From Candidatus Scatosoma sp. (lineage in GTDB: Bacteria; Bacillota; Clostridia; Christensenellales; Borkfalkiaceae): DNA of 59,498 nt. The notes under the pieces were generated by a model. It ran no database searches. It was given only the letters and a program-made list of their open reading frames with translations, and was not told where the DNA came from. Positions 55,177 to 59,498 of the stretch are shown here, piece after piece (the stretch's first letter is position 1; the number at the start of each line of letters is the position of its first letter). The DNA is taken from positions 1 through 59,498 of the forward strand of contig JAZOLF010000150.1 of the NCBI GenBank assembly GCA_045652785.1, given 5' to 3'. The position numbers and the translations under genes are program-made.

Positions 55177-56868
55177 TTATCTGCTCAAATTTTTCCATGC
55201 GTTCTTTTGATAACTATACAAGCCGTTGAAGTATTCCGCCGCAGTTGCCGTGCCGTTCTTGAACGCCGTGAAGGGGTTGTTCAAGGTCGCGCCGTTTACG
55301 CTTGCAGTGAAGAACCACTTTTCTTCGGTGAACGACGCAGCGTTGTTGATAACAAGCGACAACGATGAATAAGGATATACCACGCGGGAGTTCGTTCTCA
55401 TTTCAGTCAAAGCCTTACCAAAATTCGTCGCCTGCAACATATCTTCTTCCCGTACCTCGTAATTGAGAGATCTGGGAATGGACGTCAACGCGCTGAACTT
55501 CGACATTTCAGAATCGGTATGAAGGAAGCGCATGAACTCTTTCGCAAGCTCCATATTCGATGCGTTCTTGCTGATGAAGCCAAAGGAGCTGTTTGCCGAA
55601 AACATCGTTTGCGGGCGAGCTTCGTCGCCTACCGCCGCAGCCGATTTGGGCATAGGCATGAAGGCAAAACGTCTATCGCTCTTCTTCTCGCCACGGATGG
55701 TTTCAAGCTCGGTGAACACGCTATCCGCTTCGTTTTCCCACCACACGCCGTCCAAAAGCATTGCATAACGCTTGGTGTTGTACTTGCTCTTGATGAATTC
55801 CGCCTGCGCAGTCGTGAAGTCGAAGCCGTTGTAGGTGTTGCCGATGTATTTTACCGAGCCGAACAGCTTTTCTTGCATGCTGAGCGCGTAATATTTACCC
55901 GCTTGTCTTTGCAATTCGTATGCGTTGTCTTCGTTGATTTCTACCGTTTCCAGTTCAAGCGTGCCGTCGGAATTAATCGATTTTACAAGCTCTGCTTCAC
56001 CCTTGAAGGAATAGTTCATGCTGAAACCATCGTAGCCTTCGTAGTCTGCAATGAACGCACGGCAAGCCTTGCTTACGTAATCGTCATAGGAGCCCGAATA
56101 GCAGAAGGGAATGTTTTTTGCTGAGATGATGTCGCAAAGTTCGATGAACTGCTCGTACGTCGTAGGCAAACCATCGTCGTACGTACCCTTTACGTTATCA
56201 GGGCCTTTGGATTTTTGCGCTTCAAATTCATCTCTCTTTGCCTTCGTAGCGTTCTTGCCATCCTTCAACTTGATGGTGTCGCCGTATTCGTCGAAATAGT
56301 AGCCCTCTTCTTCAAACAGATCTACGTCGTAAATGAAGCCGTAGAAGCCATCGTAGAAGGGAACCATATAGTATTTACCGTCTTTCGCGGTAAGGTAGGA
56401 TTTAAACGCGGGATCGATTTTATCCGCAATCGTACCCTCTTCGCCGTAATCTTCCATCGACGCCGTTAAAACGTCCGTGATATCCGCTATCTTGCCTTCG
56501 TTGACGAAGGTGTAATATTCTACGCTTTCCGTAAAGTATATGTCCTCGGCAAGCGATTTGCCCGCCAAGTTACTGCCCGCATATTTTACCTTGTCGGGTT
56601 TAACACTAATTTTTACACCCGTTCTTCCTTCCTGGAAGTGGGTGGCATCCTTGTATTTTTCTTCAAAACGTCTTGCAGCCTCTTCCAGCCATTCTTCGCC
56701 AACACCGCCCTCGTAGGTCGCAACCGTAAGGTTTGCCTTCGTGGGGTCTTCCTGATTTTCTTCTACGGGAGTACCAACCGAAATGCCACAGCCTACAAGC
56801 CCGCTGAACGCGGAAGCACTCATTACAACAGCCGCCAAAAGCGCCATCATTCTTCTACTTCTTTTCAT
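55177..56868 (-). CDS. large extracellular solute-binding lipoprotein (LplA-type) of sugar ABC system 2
   Basis: Lipobox GLVGC-G. 563 aa. Its ATG overlaps the TGA of the upstream gene (ATGA). Confidence 0.8.
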   Translation of the reverse strand: MKRSRRMMALLAAVVMSASAFSGLVGCGISVGTPVEENQEDPTKANLTVATYEGGVGEEWLEEAARRFEEKYKDATHFQEGRTGVKISVKPDKVKYAGSNLAGKSLAEDIYFTESVEYYTFVNEGKIADITDVLTASMEDYGEEGTIADKIDPAFKSYLTAKDGKYYMVPFYDGFYGFIYDVDLFEEEGYYFDEYGDTIKLKDGKNATKAKRDEFEAQKSKGPDNVKGTYDDGLPTTYEQFIELCDIISAKNIPFCYSGSYDDYVSKACRAFIADYEGYDGFSMNYSFKGEAELVKSINSDGTLELETVEINEDNAYELQRQAGKYYALSMQEKLFGSVKYIGNTYNGFDFTTAQAEFIKSKYNTKRYAMLLDGVWWENEADSVFTELETIRGEKKSDRRFAFMPMPKSAAAVGDEARPQTMFSANSSFGFISKNASNMELAKEFMRFLHTDSEMSKFSALTSIPRSLNYEVREEDMLQATNFGKALTEMRTNSRVVYPYSSLSLVINNAASFTEEKWFFTASVNGATLNNPFTAFKNGTATAAEYFNGLYSYQKNAWKNLSR

Positions 56869-58343
56869 CTTTCAATTCCTTCCTTCTTCTTTTTTGTTAT
56901 CATTGCCATACCAGCAGCAGCCGTCGCAAACGCTATGCCTGCCACACCCATAAATCCGCCGCAACCTGCCTTGTTAGAATCGGGAGTTGCTTCCCCATCG
57001 GTAGGTTCGTTGGTCGGTGGCAAATTGTTGTCTTGGTTATTATCTTCGTTCTTGCTCGCTTCCTCTTCCGCCGTCCATTCGGCATCCGTCTTCAACGCAT
57101 CAATGCGCGCGATATAGTCTGCGAGCAGCGCATCTACCTCGCCGTAGAAATTAGCGGCTGCGATTGCTTCCGAACCTTGAGCAACGAGAAGTTCGCCTTG
57201 CTCCCATTCTTCCGTGCGGTAAATCGAGGGCGTAAAGGCGTTTTCAAGACGAGAAACCGCCGCCGCGATATAGTCCGCAAAGCCCGCTTTTTCCGCCTTG
57301 GTCATTACGTTTTCAACAGCAAACTTTACACCGAGAATCGCGCCCTCTACTTCGCCTACCGTAGCAAGGCTGTCGATCATTGCGCTGTATTCGCCCTTGA
57401 TGGAAAGAATTGAATTCCATTCCGCCGCATCATAATTGCTTTGCTCGAAGGCGGTAAAGTAGGTTTCAAGTTCGCTCTTCGCCTGCGTCTTTCTACTTGC
57501 AAGCGTGGCGTAGTCCTCTTTCGTCATAATCCCTGCAAGATCGTTATTGAAACGAGTCAAAATGTCCTCTATTGCAAAGACCGTAAAGCTTAAACCGACT
57601 TCCTTTTTCGTCGCTTCAATAAGAGCCTTTACCTGCGCCCTTTCATTGCGCCCAACCGTATCGTTTTCGCCGTAATACGAATAGATGTTCGTATTATTCA
57701 AGGTTTTTATCGCCTCAGCGCGAACTTCCGCTACCTGATAAGGCAACGAAACAAACGCCGTTCCGTTGAAATAAAACGCTCTGTCTTCCGTCGTTTTGTA
57801 CATAATAGGATCGCCTTCGCAATTTCCCTTAACGTATTTCAGGCTGGGGAAGGTCGTCCCTGCAGGAATACTGATTACAAAACCGTATTCCAAAAGCTTC
57901 AACGTTGAACGATGCGTAAGCATTTCCGCAAATTGGGCTTCGCCCACCGAAGAGCCGTTCCAATATGCGTAAAGCTGATCTAAACGAGCGGCTTCGCTGT
58001 TCATATCAGGGAAGGTTTCCCAGTACGTCAGCCAAAACCGAATATATCTTTCATAAGTCGCGTACGCAGGCTTGCCGCCGAAGTCGCCTTCGTATAATCC
58101 GTAATCGCCATAGTCGCTTTCCGTCAGCTTAAAGCCGAAGAAAACGCAGGACGAATCTTGACGATAAGCGATGGCTTCAACGTTTGTGTCAATGTATTCC
58201 ACCGTTTCGGGCATCGCGTTTGGATCGCTGTCCGCCGAAACGCGCGAAACGTACGCGCTTCCCATAAATGCCAAAGCGCATACTAACACCAATGCCGTCA
58301 ATAAACCGAATATTTTAAGTTGCGCTTTTTTTAATATTTTCAT
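56865..58343 (-). CDS. 492-aa surface protein: signal peptide, X-related domain, helical repeats, Cys-containing C-terminal anchor tail
   Basis: ISIPAGTTFPSLKYVKGNCEGDPIMYKTTEDRAFYFNG parallels ITIPAGTLFPSYAM...NPVYMMYETQTDVTFYK of the 1319-aa protein. The tail is KAGCGGFMGVAGIAFATAAAGMAMITKKKKEGIER. Confidence 0.65.
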   Translation of the reverse strand: MKILKKAQLKIFGLLTALVLVCALAFMGSAYVSRVSADSDPNAMPETVEYIDTNVEAIAYRQDSSCVFFGFKLTESDYGDYGLYEGDFGGKPAYATYERYIRFWLTYWETFPDMNSEAARLDQLYAYWNGSSVGEAQFAEMLTHRSTLKLLEYGFVISIPAGTTFPSLKYVKGNCEGDPIMYKTTEDRAFYFNGTAFVSLPYQVAEVRAEAIKTLNNTNIYSYYGENDTVGRNERAQVKALIEATKKEVGLSFTVFAIEDILTRFNNDLAGIMTKEDYATLASRKTQAKSELETYFTAFEQSNYDAAEWNSILSIKGEYSAMIDSLATVGEVEGAILGVKFAVENVMTKAEKAGFADYIAAAVSRLENAFTPSIYRTEEWEQGELLVAQGSEAIAAANFYGEVDALLADYIARIDALKTDAEWTAEEEASKNEDNNQDNNLPPTNEPTDGEATPDSNKAGCGGFMGVAGIAFATAAAGMAMITKKKKEGIER

Positions 58344-58375
58344 AAATGTTCCCTTTTAGCTTTCTTTTTCACCCG

Positions 58376-58401
58376 AAAGCGGAAGAACAATCTTCCGCTT
58401 T
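58376..58401 (-). other. intercistronic stem-loop (11-bp perfect stem, 4-nt loop)
   Basis: aaagcggaaga-acaa-tcttccgcttt lies between the two surface-protein genes. No U-tract on the minus strand. Confidence 0.4.
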
Positions 58402-58416
58402 TCGAGCGTTTTACCG

Positions 58417-59498
58417 TTAATCTTCTTTCTTCTTGCGAAACAAAGCTACCGCAGCTACAGCCGCCATAGCCGCCGTCGCCACGCCGCCTACCACCGAGCC
58501 ACAACCCGAGGACGTCGCTTCGTTGCCGCTGTTGCCATCTTGAATTTGTTGCACGTCGTCAACGTTGGCCTTGAACTGCGCTACCGCAGCTTCTACGTCT
58601 GCGATTGCCGTCGCCGCATCGATTGCGGAAATTGCCGTAGCTACGAATCCGCTAAGCATTGCTTCCGCTTCTTCGCTGTACTTATCGTGGTCGATTGCGT
58701 TGTAGTATGTGCGAACTTCGTTCTTCGCCGATTCCTTCGCCGCAGCAAGTGCCGCCGCATCCGCTTCGAGAGCCGTGAGCACTTCGTCGATATCCGCTTT
58801 CGCGTCGTTTACGATTGCCGTAATAGCCGCTTCGTCACCGATTGCGCCGTCGATTGCCGTCTTCGCCGCAGCGATAATTTCTTGGATTTCAGCCCATTCC
58901 TTCGCGTGGTAGTCCGCTTCTGCCTTGTAGCCGTCAAGCGCGTTCTTCGCGTTTGCTACAACCGCTTCGTCTGCTTCCCATTCTGCCTCCGTTTTGAAGG
59001 AATCCATTTCTGCCTTCGCCGCCGCTACGATACCGTCAATGCCTTCTTGGTTGCCGATTGCGCCGTCGATTGCGGTATTCGCTTCGGTGATAACCGCTTG
59101 AATTGCCGTCCATTCAGCCGCGCGGTAGTCCGCTTCCGTCTTGTATGCCGCAAGGTCAGCCTTCGCCGCCGCTACTGCCGCTTCGTCTGCTTCCCACTGA
59201 GCTTTCGTCTTGAATGCGTCCATCGCTGCTTTCGCCGTGTCCACAGCCGTGTTGATTGCCGTCACCGACGTAGCCACTTCAATTTCAGCAGCCGCCGTTG
59301 CTACGATTTCTTGGATTTCCGCCCATTCCGCATCGCGGTAGTCCGCCTGCGACTTGTACGCCGCAACGTCAGCCGCCGCCGTAGCCTTCATGCCTTCAAA
59401 AATCGCATCCGATTCCGCTTTGGTTACAACGTCGTCCATCGATTTCTTCACGTCTTCTAATGCAACCGCCACTTCGTCCGCATTCGTAGCGGAATCAA
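58417..59498 (-). CDS. surface protein made of FIVAR-like ~62-70-aa helical repeats with Cys-containing C-terminal anchor tail; 5' end outside the window
   Basis: The frame stays open to the window edge (DSATNADEV precedes the GTG used by the ORF track). There are four repeats (AAYKSQADYRDAEWAEIQEIV / AAYKTEADYRAAEWTAIQAVI / DGYKAEADYHAKEWAEIQEII / fourth divergent). The tail is SGCGSVVGGVATAAMAAVAAVALFRKKKED. Confidence 0.7.
   Translation of the reverse strand, partial: DSATNADEVAVALEDVKKSMDDVVTKAESDAIFEGMKATAAADVAAYKSQADYRDAEWAEIQEIVATAAAEIEVATSVTAINTAVDTAKAAMDAFKTKAQWEADEAAVAAAKADLAAYKTEADYRAAEWTAIQAVITEANTAIDGAIGNQEGIDGIVAAAKAEMDSFKTEAEWEADEAVVANAKNALDGYKAEADYHAKEWAEIQEIIAAAKTAIDGAIGDEAAITAIVNDAKADIDEVLTALEADAAALAAAKESAKNEVRTYYNAIDHDKYSEEAEAMLSGFVATAISAIDAATAIADVEAAVAQFKANVDDVQQIQDGNSGNEATSSGCGSVVGGVATAAMAAVAAVALFRKKKED

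Overview
This 59.5-kb chromosomal segment is coded almost entirely on the minus strand; only one gene (38819..40141) is on the plus strand. The host looks like a Gram-positive-type bacterium, probably Bacillota/Clostridia-like. That is an inference from AGGAGG-type ribosome-binding sites, many lipobox signal peptides, a Cheo-type SOS box and near-consensus sigma-70 promoters. No taxon can be proven without a search.

Content from left to right:
- A partial MFS transporter.
- A uvrB-uvrA nucleotide-excision-repair operon. Each gene is full length but carries one in-frame stop codon.
- A 0.5-kb intergenic block of nested direct repeats.
- A glycoside hydrolase and an SGNH esterase.
- A membrane-tethered XRE regulator followed by a beta-propeller lipoprotein.
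- Two oxidoreductases.
- Glycan-uptake locus 1 (about 15.1-36.5 kb). It is driven by a perfect consensus promoter and encodes a 1975-aa wall/surface protein, a 48-aa unannotated small ORF, a large solute-binding protein (SBP), two ABC permeases (one fused to a roughly 530-aa extracellular domain), two large lipoproteins of unknown function, a 1319-aa surface protein and a Gfo/Idh/MocA enzyme.
- A metallophosphoesterase lipoprotein and an acyltransferase.
- A low-GC GmrSD-like (DUF262/DUF1524) type IV restriction gene, attached to the end of a GH20 / mini-AAA / LUD / nitroreductase gene string.
- A MATE transporter fused to a cytidylate-kinase-like domain.
- Glycan-uptake locus 2 (47.6 kb to the window end): SBP, two permeases, a 1033-aa Ig-like protein, a DUF4838-like lipoprotein and two more surface proteins.

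I found no rRNA, tRNA, CRISPR array, transposase or integrase.

The most novel-looking signal is a family of surface proteins attached to both ABC loci. They share (i) an uncharacterised domain of roughly 300-440 aa that is duplicated within and between genes, (ii) FIVAR-like helical repeat arrays, and (iii) a conserved Cys-containing C-terminal tail (S/A-G-C-G/S, about 20 hydrophobic residues, then KKK-E-D/G). The tail looks like a dedicated sorting or anchoring signal.

All family names are from motif recognition by eye. No database search was run.
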